NCBI GenBank assembly: GCA_951406725.2
Contig: OX597817.1
Location: 49,414,001 to 49,478,000, forward strand
DNA: 64,000 nucleotides
DNA from: Octopus vulgaris
Lineage: Eukaryota
Direction: 5' to 3'
Shown here: in pieces, positions 1-13,400 of the stretch
Numbering within the stretch: the stretch's first letter is position 1
How the letters are laid out: each line of letters begins with the position of its first letter
Translations under genes and position numbers: made by a program
The notes under the pieces: generated by a model
Databases searched by the model: none
What the model was told of the DNA's origin: nothing
Seen by the model: the letters and a program-made list of their open reading frames with translations, nothing else

Positions 1-190
1 GGGACAAAGAAGGACAGACAAACGGATTAAGTCGATTATATCGACCCCAGTGCGTACCTGGTACTTAATTTATCGACCCTGAAAGGATGAAAGGCAAAGT
101 TGACCTCGGCGGAATTTGAACGTAACGGCAGACGAAATACGGCTACGCATTTCGCCCGACGTGCTAACGTTTCTGCCAGCTCACCGCCTT
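1..190 (-). mobile_element. SINE family A copy (cut by window edge)
   Basis: Reverse complement of the recurrent GGCGGCGAGCTGGCAGAAACGTTAGCACG...GAGTTCAAATTCCGCCGAGGTCGACTTTGCCTTTCATCCTTTCGGGGTCGAT unit, which has A-box- and B-box-like motifs. Confidence 0.85.
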
Positions 191-249
191 TATATATGTG
201 TACATGGATATGGATGTGTGTGTATATATAAAATAAATATACAAATGTA

Positions 250-418
250 GGAGTGGCTGTGTGGTAAGTAGCTTGCTTACAAACCACATGGCTCCGGGTT
301 CAGTCCCACTGCATGGCACCTTGGGCAAATGTCTTCTTCTATAGCCTCGGGCCGACCAAAGCCTTGTGAGTGGATATGGTAGACGGAAACTGAAAGAAGT
401 CCATCGTATATATGTATG

Positions 419-461
<43 letters not shown>

Positions 462-658
462 TTGTCTCCCCAACATCGCTTGACACCCGATGCTGGTGGT
501 TTACGTCCCCGTAACTGAACGGTTCGACAAAAGAAACTGACAGAATAAGTACTAGGCTTACAAAGAATAAGTCCTGGGGTCCATTTGCTCGACTAAAGGC
601 GGTGCTCCAGCATGGCCACAGTCAAATGACTGAAACAAGTAAAAGGGTAAAAGAGTAA
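250..658 (+). mobile_element. SINE family B, full length, internal (TA)n(TG)n tract
   Basis: Head TGGCTGTGTGG (A box) and GGTTCAGTCC (B box), then CCTTGGGCAA; tail CCAGCATGGCC..CAGTCAAATGACTGAAACAAGTAAAAG; many other copies in window. Confidence 0.85.
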
Positions 659-1018
659 ATGTAAACGAAAGAATATATAAAAAAGAAAAACAACAAAATG
701 ACAAGATAAGTTCAAACTCAATGCTATGTTCCTTGTCTTTCCTTGAATGATGGAAATAGGGGGAAATAAATGAGGAGAAAAGGAGAAACTTGAAAAAGAA
801 GGGAGAAGCACGAAAAAGAAAAGAAGATTAAAAAGAGCAATCTTAAGAGAAGCCGTGTGGTATTGATCCTCGTATTTTGCTGCTGACGGACCAAAAGTAA
901 GAAGAGACTAAACGGGGACATTTCGGGCAAAAGACTGAATGTTCAGGCTTGCGTTGATATATTGGTATATTTAAACTGAATTACTTTCATAAATATTTGT
1001 CACAGAAATACATAAAAA

Positions 1019-1300
1019 GGATATTCTGTTGTATCTGGAGAGCGTCATTTTCTCTTCTTGTGCCAGTAAAATTTCCCCTTATTTCTTATTTTTATATTCA
1101 TAAAATTTTCATTGTCAGGCTATTGAAAAGGTTACAAGACGCAACGAAAATTTTAGGAAAATAAAAATAAGAAATAAGTAGAAATTTTACCGGTGAGTGT
1201 GTTACATTAGAAGGCACAAAAAGAAAATGACTCTCCCCAGACACAACAGAATATGCTTCAACACACGAACTCATATAAAGAATCTTGCAAACCAAATCCC
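1019..1300. repeat. Dispersed repeat with internal inverted repeat
   Basis: 1019-1063 is complementary to 1213-1256; 1125-1250 matches 62537-62660 in reverse orientation. Confidence 0.6.
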
Positions 1301-1470
1301 AAAACGAAACATAAAAAGGAGTTAAGATAGTAGCGAGAATCTGTGAAGGATCATGTGTTGGGCTCTGTCACACCTTTTAACATAATATTAAAAAATACAG
1401 CCATGAATCGAAACTGATGGCTTTGCGTAACACAACAAACAAATATTTGGTTTAGAGGAGCGGGTCTCCA

Positions 1471-1513
<43 letters not shown>

Positions 1514-2248
1514 TTTGTTTAACCAATGAACCGATTTGGCTCCTCTTTTACTTTGGTAGACCCCACAGACATTCGATGTTTTAAAAATTCTATTGCGTTT
1601 TTTTACAATTTAATATTGTTATTCCAGGCCTTGTTCCTAAAGTAGAAAAAGATATTTAACTATTATTAGGAAGTACTCTTTTACTTGTTTCAATCATTTG
1701 ACTGTGGCCATGCTGGAGCACAGGACATTTTCCTTGCATCCACGTGACATATAATACACATTCCCATTTTCCCCACCAGTGTAACTAGGGATTAAAGAAA
1801 GGACGGCTTTATATCGTTCAGAATACATGAAGCAAGGGCTAACGAAAACCTGAAAATAAGGACGGCTGTTTTGGTCAAACTTATGAAAATGCTTTGGACA
1901 ACCGAAGGGTTAAGTGATTTAACAACAATCTACCACAGTTGTTCTCATTTTTCCTGTAACAGTCATTTCAACTACAGACTATCCTTCTCTCTTTCTTTAT
2001 AGTTCAATCTTCTTATTTTTATATTTTTTATTTATTCACCCCTTTTCGCGTTTCCTATTTTATTCTCTTTGTTCGTTCATTTTCCTTCTTCCTCATTCTT
2101 TTTTTTTTTTTCATTTCAGCATTTTATATATACATATATATTTTCGTTGCCTTTCTGTTCATTATCATCATTTTTCTTCTTTTGTTTTATGAGGATAACG
2201 GAAATGAAAGTAATTCCCAAGAGTAGACAGCTTTATGAAAAAGAAAAC

Positions 2249-2249
<1 letters not shown>

Positions 2250-2293
<44 letters not shown>

Positions 2294-2311
2294 GTAATAA
2301 TAATAATAATA
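2250..2311. repeat. (AAT)n microsatellite
   Basis: Direct reading. Confidence 0.95.
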
Positions 2312-3014
2312 TGAACGGCGGGTGTGGTTATGTCGGCGTTCGGAGAGGAAATAACAGTAAACAACCGGAACCTTTTTTTTCTGAAACAGGAAGCTCGTTT
2401 GAATTAAATGAAATAAATGGCGGCAGCTGCTGGATGTTATCTCTTTAGGAGAGTCAAATATGTTTCAGCATATCACATCAGTTCGAATCTAAGCAATGTT
2501 AATCTTACGTATAAACAATTTCACGTTTTGTTTCATCTTATTTATTAATTTTTGTAATTTTTGTAATTTTTACTTCGCGTTTTATTTTGCTTATTTCTAG
2601 GTCTTTTGTATTTATGAATCTTTATCGCTATTTATTCATTCATTTTTCTGTACATACTTAGGAAAGCTTGTAAATCCTTCTGTATCCAAATTGAGGTTTT
2701 TATATGCTTTGTCTTAACTGCTTAATGGACGTCTGTTGCACGCTTGATACTCCTGTCTGTTTTATCAACTACATCTCCGACTCATTGTGTGGCAATTAGA
2801 GAATTATACAGTTGTTAAATACGAGTCTGCAATTTGTGATTGATGTTCCTGTGTATAACTGATACACAAATGTTTAGTTGTTGCAGTCAAATAATATATG
2901 TCTCCCATTTCTTTCCGTTTAATATTTACATAACAGCCAGCCACAAATAACAATACATTAATAATGTTAGCATCTCACTGCTGCGAGCCAAATGGCAACA
3001 ATATTTACAGCTCA

Positions 3015-3430
3015 AGGCGGCGAGCTGGCAGAAACGTTAGCACGCCGGGCGAAATGCGTAGCCGTATTTCGTCTGCCGTTACGTTCTGAGTTCAAATTCC
3101 GCCGAGGTCAACTTTGCCTTTCATCCTTTCGGGGTCGATTAAATATGTACCAGTTCACACTGGAGTCGATGTAATCGACTTAATCCGTTTGTCTGTCCTT
3201 GTTTGTTCTCTCTGTGTTTAGCCCCTTGTGGGTAGTAAACAAATAGGTATTTCTTCTGCCGCTACGTCCTGAGTTCAAATTCCGCCGAAGTCGACTTTGC
3301 CTTTCATCCTTTCGGGGTCGATTAAATATGTACCAGTTCACACTGGAGTCGATGTAATCGACTTAATCCGTTTGTCTGTCCTTTTTTGCCCCCTTCTATG
3401 TTTAGCCCCCTGTGGGCAATAATGAAATAG
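3015..3430 (+). mobile_element. SINE family A, two-unit copy with target-site duplication
   Basis: One head plus two ~183-bp bodies; flanked by ATATTTACAGCT at 3001-3012 and 3431-3442; an older A copy follows at ~3444-3645. Confidence 0.85.
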
Positions 3431-3767
3431 ATATTTACAGCTTAAGGCGGCGAGCTGGCAGAATTGTTAGCACACCAGGAAAAATGTTCAGCTGTATTTC
3501 GTCCAGCTCTATGTTCTGAGTTCAAATTCCACGGAGGTCGACTTTGCCTTTCATTTCTTTTGGGGTTGATGAAATATATTACCAGTTGAGCACTGGGGTC
3601 GATGTACTCGACAAAATCCTACCCCGAAATTACTGTGTTTGTGCTATAAAATAGCACGTCGGCCACAATACCAGGTTCTAGTTCTTCTGGCTCTCTAATT
3701 TTTTAGTTCAAATCTCGACAATTTGAACTGTACCGTTTATCTTTATGAAGGGGGGGGGGGGTAAAAT

Positions 3768-4066
3768 GTGGAGGCGCAATGGCCCAGTGGTTAGGGCAGC
3801 GGACTCTCGGTCGGAGGATCGCGGTTTCGATTCCCAGAGCGGGAGTTGTGTGTTTATTGAGCGAAAACACCTAAAAGTTCCACGAAGCTCTGGCAGGGAG
3901 TGGTGGCAACCCCTGTTGTACTCTTACGCCACAACTTTCTCTCACTCTTCTTGTTTCTTGAGTAACGCTGCGATGGACTGGCGTCCCGTCCAGCTGGGAG
4001 GGACACATACGCCACAGAAACCGGGAAACCGGGCCCATGAGCCTGGCTAGGCTTGAAAAGGGCGAA
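3768..4066 (+). mobile_element. SINE family C (tRNA-derived head)
   Basis: TGGCCCAGTGG A box, GGTTTCGATTCC B box, 3' GCGATGGACTGGCGTCCCGTCCAGC; reverse copy at 49811-50099. Confidence 0.8.
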
Positions 4067-4737
4067 AAAAAAAACAAAGAAAGGGGAATAAAATAAAGTA
4101 CAAGTCAATAACTGGGTGCAATTGTATTGCCTAACTCCTTCCTAAATTTTAGGCCTTATTCTTTTGTAAGAATTTATCGGTGTCAAAGATTAACAGAATC
4201 GTTGCAACATCGGCCAAAATACCTTGGGCTTTTTCTTCTGAATCTTTATATTCTAAGTTTAGATCCTGCTGAGATCAGCTTTGCCTTTTATACTCTTATG
4301 GTAGATAAGACAAAACACCAGTCAAGTATAGAGGTCGATTTAACCTATCACCTACCAAATTTTTTTAATTCATATATTTTGGCTTTGCCAGATGTCTTAC
4401 GAGTTAATAATATATAGAATTAAATTTTTTTTCATATGTAAATTATTTTGGAAATTATGGTGAATTTTTCGAAAAGTCCCAAATGGGAATCGCTGAAAAA
4501 AGCATATTTATCCTTTTCTATTCAATTGCAATTATAAACATTTAAAGTTTTTTTTTTTTGATATTTTAATATTTTTTTTCTTTTTCTAATTTTGGCATAA
4601 GGGCAACAATTTTGAGGAAAGTTGTTTAGTTGATACCATTGATCTCAGTACTGGCTTCGAAGTAATCGTTTTATTCCCTCTCCCACTGTTGCTGGCCTCC
4701 TGTGTCAAATTTTAAAACCATTATTATATGCGTCCGA

Positions 4738-4988
4738 AGGCGGTGAGCTGGTAGAAACGTTAGCACGCCGGGCGAAATGCGTAGCCGTATTTCGTCTGCC
4801 GTTACGTTCTGAGTTCAAATTCTGCCGAGGGTGACTTTGCCTTTCATCCTTTCGGGATCGATAAATTAAGTAACAGTTACGCACTGGGGTCGATGTAATC
4901 GACTTAATCTCTGTCTGTCCTTGTTTGTCCTCTCTGTGTTTAGCCCCTTGTTGGCAGTCAAGAAATAGGTATTTCGTTCGTTTTTACG
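4738..4988 (+). mobile_element. SINE family A copy
   Basis: Matches family A head and body; runs into (TACA)n at 4988-5044. Confidence 0.85.
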
Positions 4989-5166
4989 TACATACATACA
5001 TACATACATACATACATACATACATACATACATACATACATACACTCATTTTCAAGTTAAGACAATAAATCGTGGGCCCCTGCGTTACTTTCATTTACAT
5101 TCAATTTCATGAACTTTCGGTTCGCACGCACTTCCCACACCCACCTAATTAGTCCGTAATTCGCGA

Positions 5167-5204
5167 TCTATCAATCAATCAATCTACCTATGTATCTATC
5201 TATG

Positions 5205-5280
<76 letters not shown>

Positions 5281-5302
5281 AGTCTGTCTGTCTGTTTATC
5301 TA

Positions 5303-5345
<43 letters not shown>

Positions 5346-5728
5346 TTCTATCTATCTATCTATCTATCTTTCTATCTATCTACCTACCTACCTATCTTTC
5401 TCTCTCTATCTATCTGTCTATCTATCTATCTGTCTCACTCTATCTCTCTATTTCTCTCTTTCTTTCTCTTCCCCCTCTCTCTTTTTCTTTATCCCCCGTT
5501 TCCCCCTTTCTCTCTATCTATTTTCGAGAACCGAAAGAAAGAGGGAAAAGAAGAAAAGGAGGCAAAAGATGGGGAGAGATTAAGATTAGAGCTATCGAAT
5601 TTACGTTTATAAATGTATGCATGTATGTATGTATGTATGTATGTATGTATGTATGTATGTATGTATGCATGTATGTATGCATGTAGGTATGTATGTATGT
5701 ATGCATGTATGTATGCATGTATGTATGT
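5167..5728. repeat. (TCTA)n/(TCTG)n tract followed by (TATG)n tract
   Basis: Direct reading; explains the YLSI and MYVC pseudo-ORFs. Confidence 0.9.
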
Positions 5729-6354
5729 ACAGGCTATCTGTGTGATGACAGTTAAGATTCTTATGGCAGTAGATCAAAGAACTGTTTTAACGTTTCACAA
5801 GTGACCGCTTTTCAACAAACAAATATATCTGAATGTCTTCCTTTATTTCAGAAGATATACACACTTTTAACAGCTTTACAATCAACTAACCAGCCAGCCA
5901 GCCAGTCCACCATCCACCTTACCAGCCAGCACACCAGTTAGCCGTTCAAGAATTTGGACCTGGAGATCTCCATTTCCAGCGATTTCGAGGGCCACCTCCC
6001 AGTGTTGTCGGGCGTCAACGAAGAGCCCTCGACTACAACAATACGACCAAAGTTTTTTTTTCCCAAGGTCTGGGGTCTCCCGCCCCTAAGCCCTACACCA
6101 TCACCTAATCACCCTTACCCGTCTTGTTGCTTAACAACAACAACAACAACAACAACAGCATACCATTTAGCCAGCCAGCTAGTCCGCTAGGCAGTTGTCT
6201 GTTTACTCCACTCAAATGCATTAATGATAGAAACGAGCAGTGTGCGTGGGCTATTATGATAACCGTCTATACATACCATCATTAGGTCAGTATGTGTCCT
6301 GTGAAAACATCCTTTATTGACGTGCTATGTTAAAAACAACAATAAATATTAGCG

Positions 6355-6740
6355 AGAGTGGCTGTGTGGTAAGTAGCTTGCTTACCAAACACATGGTTCC
6401 GGGTTCAGCCCCACTGCGTGGCACCTTGGGTAAGTGTCTTCTACTATAGCCTCGGGCCGACCAAAGCCTTGTGAGTGGATTTGGTAGACGGAAGTTGAAA
6501 GAAGCCCGTCTTATATATGTATATATATATATGTTTGTGTGTCTGTGTTTGTACCCCCAACATCGCTTGACAACCGATGCTGGTGTATTTACGTTCCCGT
6601 AACCTAGCGGTTCGGTAAAAGAGACCGATGGAATAAGTACTAGGCTTACAAAGAATAAGTCCTGGAATGGATTTGCTCGACTAAAGGCGGTGCTCCAGCA
6701 TGACCACAGTCAAATGACTGAAACGAGTAAAAGAATAAAG
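6355..6740 (+). mobile_element. SINE family B, full length
   Basis: Near-identical to 250-658. Confidence 0.85.
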
Positions 6741-7427
6741 AGAGAGAAAGAGAAAGAAAGAAAGAGACAGACTGACAGACAGGCAGACGGAGACAGAGAA
6801 AGGGTAATTCTTTCCAGCAGCGACCAGCTACAGCGCCACACACATTTCGGACATTTGAATTTATTAATTTAATTTTTATTATTTATTTTGTTAGTTAATT
6901 AGTTGTCTCTTGGAAGAGTCATTACGCCAATATTAAAAACACGCACTGGTCGATTGTTTGTTTAACTTGGTTAAACAGCCAGTCGTCTGTTTTTATTCAT
7001 TTATTTATTTATATGTTGTAATAATGTCCTCTGTTCCTCGTGGCTGGCGGGTCTCATGTCATCTCACTTCATACTCTCCTGGCTCATTCGGATCTCTCTC
7101 TTTCTCTCATCATCTATGTTCTTTCCAGCCTACCAGCAACGCCCACAATATCCACTATATTCTGGCCTTCCGCTCTAGAGCATCGGCCATCTTGAACCTC
7201 TTATTTGCTCGTGTCTCTCTTGCGACAGTTTAAGACGAACGTTAACGACATAAGGACACAGCAGAATTCCTCATTACAATGGTGGGGGTGGATTGAAAAG
7301 GAATAGACAGACTGCCATGTTTAATAAAAATTATTTCCAACATTTTAAACTTGCCAAACGCCTTGGTGAAGAAAGAAGAGTCATGGATGTCAAAATCTAT
7401 TTCGTCATTTCATTAATAAAAAGGTGG

Positions 7428-7830
7428 AAGGCGGCGATCTGGCAGAAACGTTAGCACGCCAGGTGAAACGCTTAGCCGCATTTCGTCTGCCGTTACGTTC
7501 TGAGTTCAAATTCCGCCGAGGTCGACTTTGCCTATCATGCTTTCGGGGTCGATTAAATAAGTACCAGTTACGCACTGGGGACGATGTAATCGATTTAATC
7601 CGTTTGTCTGTCCTTGTTTGTCCTCTCTGTGTTTAGCCCCTTCTGGGTAGTAAAGAAATGGGTATTTCGTCTGCCGTTACGTTCTGAGTTCAAATTCTGC
7701 CGAGGTCGACTTTGCCTTTTATTCTTTCAGGATCGATAAACTAAGTACCAGTGGAACACTAGGGGTCGATGTAATCGACTGGTCCCCTCCCCCACAGTTT
7801 CAGGTCTTGTGTCTAGAATAAAAAGGATTA
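7428..7830 (+). mobile_element. SINE family A, multi-unit copy
   Basis: Head and body, AAAGAAATGGG|TATTTCGTC junction, second body with a different tail. Confidence 0.8.
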
Positions 7831-7951
7831 TTTAACGTGTATTATAACCACCATGGGTCTGGTTCAAAGATAAAGAGGCCAAGTTGTCGTTTGTCAGTTG
7901 CTACAGGAAATAAACTAAGCTAAAATTGGATGTGTTTTGATTAGATATTTG

Positions 7952-7970
7952 AATAATAATAATAATAATG

Positions 7971-8022
<52 letters not shown>

Positions 8023-8040
8023 TAATAATAATAATAATAA

Positions 8041-8071
<31 letters not shown>

Positions 8072-8080
8072 AAGAAGAAG
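7952..8080. repeat. (AAT)n(AAG)n compound microsatellite
   Basis: Direct reading. Confidence 0.95.
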
Positions 8081-9501
8081 AATGATAATAGTAAAATTCT
8101 CATGGAAAACGTTTATCCTCGTCGGTTAAACATCCATGCAATTAAATGATTAATCTCAGTGCATGAGCTCCTATCAACCAATCTTCAGAGACTTCCCTTG
8201 AATAAAGCAGTAAGAATTCCTTCATTTTCTTTTATCTTTTATTTAATTTCTTTCCAGATTACTGAAAAAAAAAAAACGACATCATTTATCGCACTCACCC
8301 TCTCCCTCCCTTCTCCCTTTTTTTCATTCACTCCCTTTCTCTTTATCACTTTACTCTCTTTCTCTCTCTATGTGGGACTCATCTTTCACTATCACTAATT
8401 TTGTCTCTTCTTCTTGTACCACCTTTTCTTTTCCACGCATTCAAGTTCTTTTTTCACTTCCTCAACCTTCTTTTCCTCTAATTCTTTCCGTCTTCTTTTA
8501 CGCTATTTCTTCTACAATTTCAGTTCTTTTTCCACACCTTTCTCTTTCCACATTTTTCTAAAATTCTGCCTACATTTCGACAGTTATTTTTTTACACAAT
8601 ATTATATTATTGTCCGGATCCCATAATTTAATTATCATTCTTTTTCCCCTCTGACTTTATTACCGGCCACCATGTGACTTTTTTTTCCTAGCCAAAATTG
8701 TGACTTTATTAACGGTCACCGCCTTTCTTTCCCTTTTCAGTCTTGTTTTTGTTTGTCTGTTTGTTTTTTTTTCTCATTCTTTCTGCGATCTTTCTATTTC
8801 TTTCTCTCGTTTGATATCAGCTCTTTAACCGCTCCTTCTCTTTCATTCTATATTATTCCTACACTCTGCCTATGTTTTTTTTTTTACACAATATTATATT
8901 ATATTATATTATATTATATTATATTATATCATATCATATTATATTATATTATACTATATTATATTAGTTTGATCCATGTGAATGGGCCTGCTCTGAAAAT
9001 ACGTCTGTAGGCCGGAGGGAATAAGGAAATAAAAAGGAAAAAAGGTCCTAGTCTGGAGTGCCCTTAGCGATCGGGGTGACCTGGATGTGTGGGTGTTCCT
9101 TTGTTGCCCTTGGGTGGTACTCTCCTCATTTGAAGATTTTATTGTTTAAATGTCGTTATTGCTTTATTGTTCGCATGTATACTTGTTTTTAGCCCCATTT
9201 GTCTCTTGTCTTTTTTTTCTATTGTCCTTTTGTTTTGTGCTCGGCCCTTGTGGTCACTAAACTTGTATAGCACTAAGTCTCCTCAATCATTCAACAGCCG
9301 CTTTTTTTTTTTTCATTTTTATTTTTCATTAGGTGCTTGCTGTGTGATTATGAAAAATCATTAGAGAACCATGTGGTTTGAGGTTCTGTTCCACTGCGTG
9401 GCACTTTCTGCGAGTATCATCGACTATAACCTGGTACGGACCAACGGCTTATGAGTGAACTTGGGTGAAGAATGCTGAGTGAAAGCCCGTCGTATAATAC
9501 A

Positions 9502-9576
<75 letters not shown>

Positions 9577-10440
9577 CATAATATAATATAATATAATATA
9601 GACAGCAGTGTGCAATGTTTTACCAAAAAGGAAAACTATAATTGTCAGTAAATATGACTAAGGTGCCAGAAACACCTACAGCACTTATTTCTAGCAATGT
9701 AGGTGTTCCTAACACCCTAGTCATATATATAACCCCCCCTCTTTGTACACACACGCACACACATACACACACCCACTCACACACACACATTTGCATATAT
9801 ATATACATTACACTTACACACACTTCAAATTTACTTGCCATACACACAACTACGCACACTGGACACACACACACTACCACTCAACACACACACTGGCACG
9901 TTACATACGCCCCCACTCTTTCCCTCCTTCCCTTCTTCCCTCCTTCCCTTCTTCCCTCCTTCCTCCCTTGTTTTACCACTGACCACTCACTCGAGACTTG
10001 CTATGTCATCCGTTCGCCCTGCACGCACTAACATATACATATTTTTTGTTTTTTTATCTCGCCTCACACACACATACACACACGCACACGCACACACTCA
10101 CACATACATACACACGCACACACACATACCTTCCTGTTTCTGATCTGCCTTTCTGACTTGCTAGGGTACCCCCACACCACTCCTTTAATTCTACTACTGC
10201 CTGCTACTAGCCACTGTCCACCATACACACACATGCACACACACGCACACACTCACACACACACCCTCGTCTTCTCGCACACCTTTTTACCATTCCCTCT
10301 TTGATTCAGCTCTCCTGTTTTTAAAAAACATTTTCCTCCTTTTTTACCACTTCCGTCTTTTTAGGATGTGACCTCGTGAAGACTACCTGCAATTTTTTTT
10401 TTCCTCTGTCCTCCCGTCTCGGGATCTTTCTTTCTCCTAT

Positions 10441-10475
10441 GTTTCCGACGAAGAGCTCCGCTCGAAACGTCATAC
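10441..10475 (+). ncRNA. Minimal hammerhead ribozyme-like motif (family H1)
   Basis: GTTT-CCGACGA-A-GAGC(TCC)GCTC-GAAAC-GTC; near the end of a CA-rich element that ends at (TA)n ~10571; homologues at 31197 and 32111. Confidence 0.6.
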
Positions 10476-10570
10476 CCTCCTTCTTCCATTTTCCTGAGCG
10501 CCTAATAATAATAATACTGTAATTGTTCCACGTGTTGTTGTTTTTTCTGTTTTCCCGTTTGGATTAACCT

Positions 10571-10594
<24 letters not shown>

Positions 10595-10601
<7 letters not shown>

Positions 10602-10803
10602 GGTGCATAATTATTGCTGCTCTTTTTTTCAACAAATTTTATTCAACAAAAACATTTTTAAATGACGTTCTGACCGTCTGCCAAGCAAATGGGAAGCAGT
10701 AATTGAAGTAGATGACGAATATGCTCCAGAATAATCATTTAAAGATGTTTTTGTTACATGTTATTGTTTTTGTTGAATGAAATTTGTAGAAGAACCAAGC
10801 CAA
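10595..10803 (+). mobile_element. Mariner-derived MITE
   Basis: TA-flanked; TTGGATTGGT and ACCAAGCCAA termini with subterminal inverted segments; retains a transposase C-terminus-like frame DRLPSKWEAVIEVDDEYAPE*. Confidence 0.65.
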
Positions 10804-11500
10804 TATATATATATATATTCTTACGAAAGATACAGACCGCATAGAAGTGCTCAAGTCGGGCTTGAGACGTTACACAACTATATTAAATGGAATGGAGAAA
10901 GTTCAAATCAAGCAAACTACAATGAACACGTATGTATACGGATTTAATTAAGATAAAAATTGCCCATCAAGATTATATATATATATATATATATACATAC
11001 ACACATACAAACACATAGACACACACAGACACGCACACGTACATATATATATATATGTATGTATGTATGCATGTTTGTATTATGTATGTAAGAAATTTCA
11101 GATGTGTGTGTATTGTGTGTGTATATGCTTGTTCCCAATCCACTACTTGAAAACAGTTGTTGGTTTTTTTACGTCCCCGTAATCTACCGGTTTGACAAAA
11201 TAAAACGATAGAATAACTACGAGACTTTAAAAAAAACAATACAAAACAAAAATATACAGCAGGAACATAAGTACCAGGTTCGATTTGCTCAACTAAAAAC
11301 CTTACAAGGCAGTGCTCCAGCATGACCAGTCCTATGAGTAAAACAAGTAAAAGATAAGAGATAGGCATAAGGTCATAAATCAATGAGTCAATCAGTTAAT
11401 TCATTAATTTAATGACTTAGTAAATTATTAAATAAAGAAAGGTTTTATATAAAGAAAGACCCACTTATACGATAGTGTTTTAAAAACTGGCAAAATTATA

Positions 11501-12215
11501 GGCGGAGGAGTGGTTGTGTGGTAAGTAGCTTGCTTCCCAACCACGAGGTTCCGGGTTCAGTTCCACTGCGTGACACATTGGGCAAGTGTCTTCTACTATA
11601 AAACGAGCACTCCGTCGGTTACGACGAGGAGGCTCCCAGCTGATACAATCAACGGAACTACATGCTCGTGAAATTGACGTACAAGTGGCTAAGCACTCCA
11701 CAGACACGTGAATCACTAACGTAGTTCTCAGGGATATTCAGCATGACACAGAGGGTGACAAGGCTGGTCCTTTGAAATACAGGTACAACTCATTGTTGCC
11801 AGCTGAGTGGACTAGAGCAACGTGAACTAAAGTGTCTTGCTCAAGGACACAACGCGTCGCCGAGAATTGAACTCACGACCTTATAATCGTAAGTCGAATG
11901 CCCTAACCACTAAACCACGCGCCTTCCTTCGACTATAGCTTCGGGTCGACCAAAGCCTTGGTAGACGGAAACAGAAAGAAGCCTGTCGTATATATGTATA
12001 TGTATATATATGTGTGTGTGTGTTTGTGTCTGTTTGTCCCCTCCCCTCAACATTGCTTGACAACCGACGCTGGTGTGTTTACGTCCCCGTAACTTAGCAG
12101 TTCGGGATAGAATAAGTACTAGGCTTACAAAGAATAAGTCGTGGAGTCGATTTGCTCGACTAAAGGCGGTGCTCCAGCATGGCCGCTGTCAAATGACTGA
12201 AACAAGTAAAAGAGA
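11501..12215 (+). mobile_element. SINE family B interrupted by a family D insertion
   Basis: B head 11501-11600 resumes at ~11938; a second B tail follows at 12240-12412. Confidence 0.8.
11601..11926 (-). mobile_element. SINE family D (tRNA head, CORE-like domain)
   Basis: Minus strand TGGTTTAGTGG..GAGTTCAATTC then GTTGTGTCCTTGAGCAAGACACTT; target duplication CTTC(T/G)ACTATA at 11590-11600 and 11927-11937. Confidence 0.8.
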
Positions 12216-12929
12216 GTAAATATATATATATATTGTATATGTTTGTGTGTATATGTTTGTCCCCCCAACATCACCATAACTAGCGGTTCGGCAAAAGAGA
12301 ACGATACAATAAGTACTAGGCTTACAAAGAATAAGTCCTGGTGTCGATTTGCTTGACTAAAAAGGCGGTGCTCCAGCATGGCTGCAGTCAAATGACTGAA
12401 ACAAGTAAAAGAATTACTCTTAGAACTTGTTGATCAACCTATTAGTGAGTCGTTCTAACAATTAGTTCACGCCATCTGACGGAGGGGGATACATCCTGAT
12501 AAGCAGCGCGGATAGATACAAGAACATGGTGATGGTGGTGCTGTTGGTGGTGGCGGGGATAATGGTGATGGGTGTCGGTCGACGTATTACAGGGAGGGAG
12601 AGAAATAGGCACGGTGACAGGATATGTACGACTGCCAACGAAAGCGAAGTAGATGGTAGGACGGCGCCACTGACAAAGGACACGATCTAATGTACATAAA
12701 GGCGAGAAAGCAACGGCTATCTGATTAGCTGACACATGTGAAACCCTTCTTCGCCGTTAAATATCTCCGGCATGTATTAGGAAGGCGCTTGTGTTTATCT
12801 GTTCGTGATAACAAGAGTCGACCGACCCTTTCAACCTTTTGACATTAGTGAACCACTGGAGAACTAGTTAAAACAACGTTATTTGTCTTAGGAGGTAACA
12901 ACCAGTGGATTACGCTTGTGTTCGTTGTG

Positions 12930-12997
<68 letters not shown>

Positions 12998-13030
12998 TGT
13001 GTGTGTGTGCATGTTTAATACACGATATTA

Positions 13031-13400
13031 TTTCCTCCGCCTTCACCAAGGCGGAGGAGGTATTGTTTCAGTCGCGTTTGCTTGTTTGACCGTGGACAAG
13101 ATATATCTCAAGAGCCGCTGGATGGATTCGGATTAAACTCTCAGGTATGTTTGGTCTCGTGACTGGCACGAGCTAATTAGATTTTGGAATCGATCGGGTA
13201 CCGGACAAGGGTTCTGGATTATTTTTCCTGTTTTTTTTTCTTACTTAATTTTTGAGAGCGGTCAGGGTTCATTTTTAGTATTCTTGTTTGTGAGAGTAGA
13301 CGAGTTTGTTTCATATATTCTCATTTTAAACATCCTCTCCCGCTAATCGTTGAGAGAACGTTGGTGTTGCCTTGGTTTGCGCTCTCTGAGTGCTCGTTTT
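13031..13400 (+). mobile_element. Probable Helentron-associated non-autonomous element (DINE/HINE-like)
   Basis: 5' CCTCCGCCTT..AAGGCGGAGG hairpin, short GTTT-type repeats, 3' GCCTTGG and GCGCTCTCTGAGTGC stem-loop before a T run; architecture recalled from known HINEs. Confidence 0.55.

Noticed and set aside
3768-3845. Functional tRNA gene
   Set aside because: A and B boxes are present but the cloverleaf is broken and it runs into a repeated SINE body; the same applies to the other SINE heads
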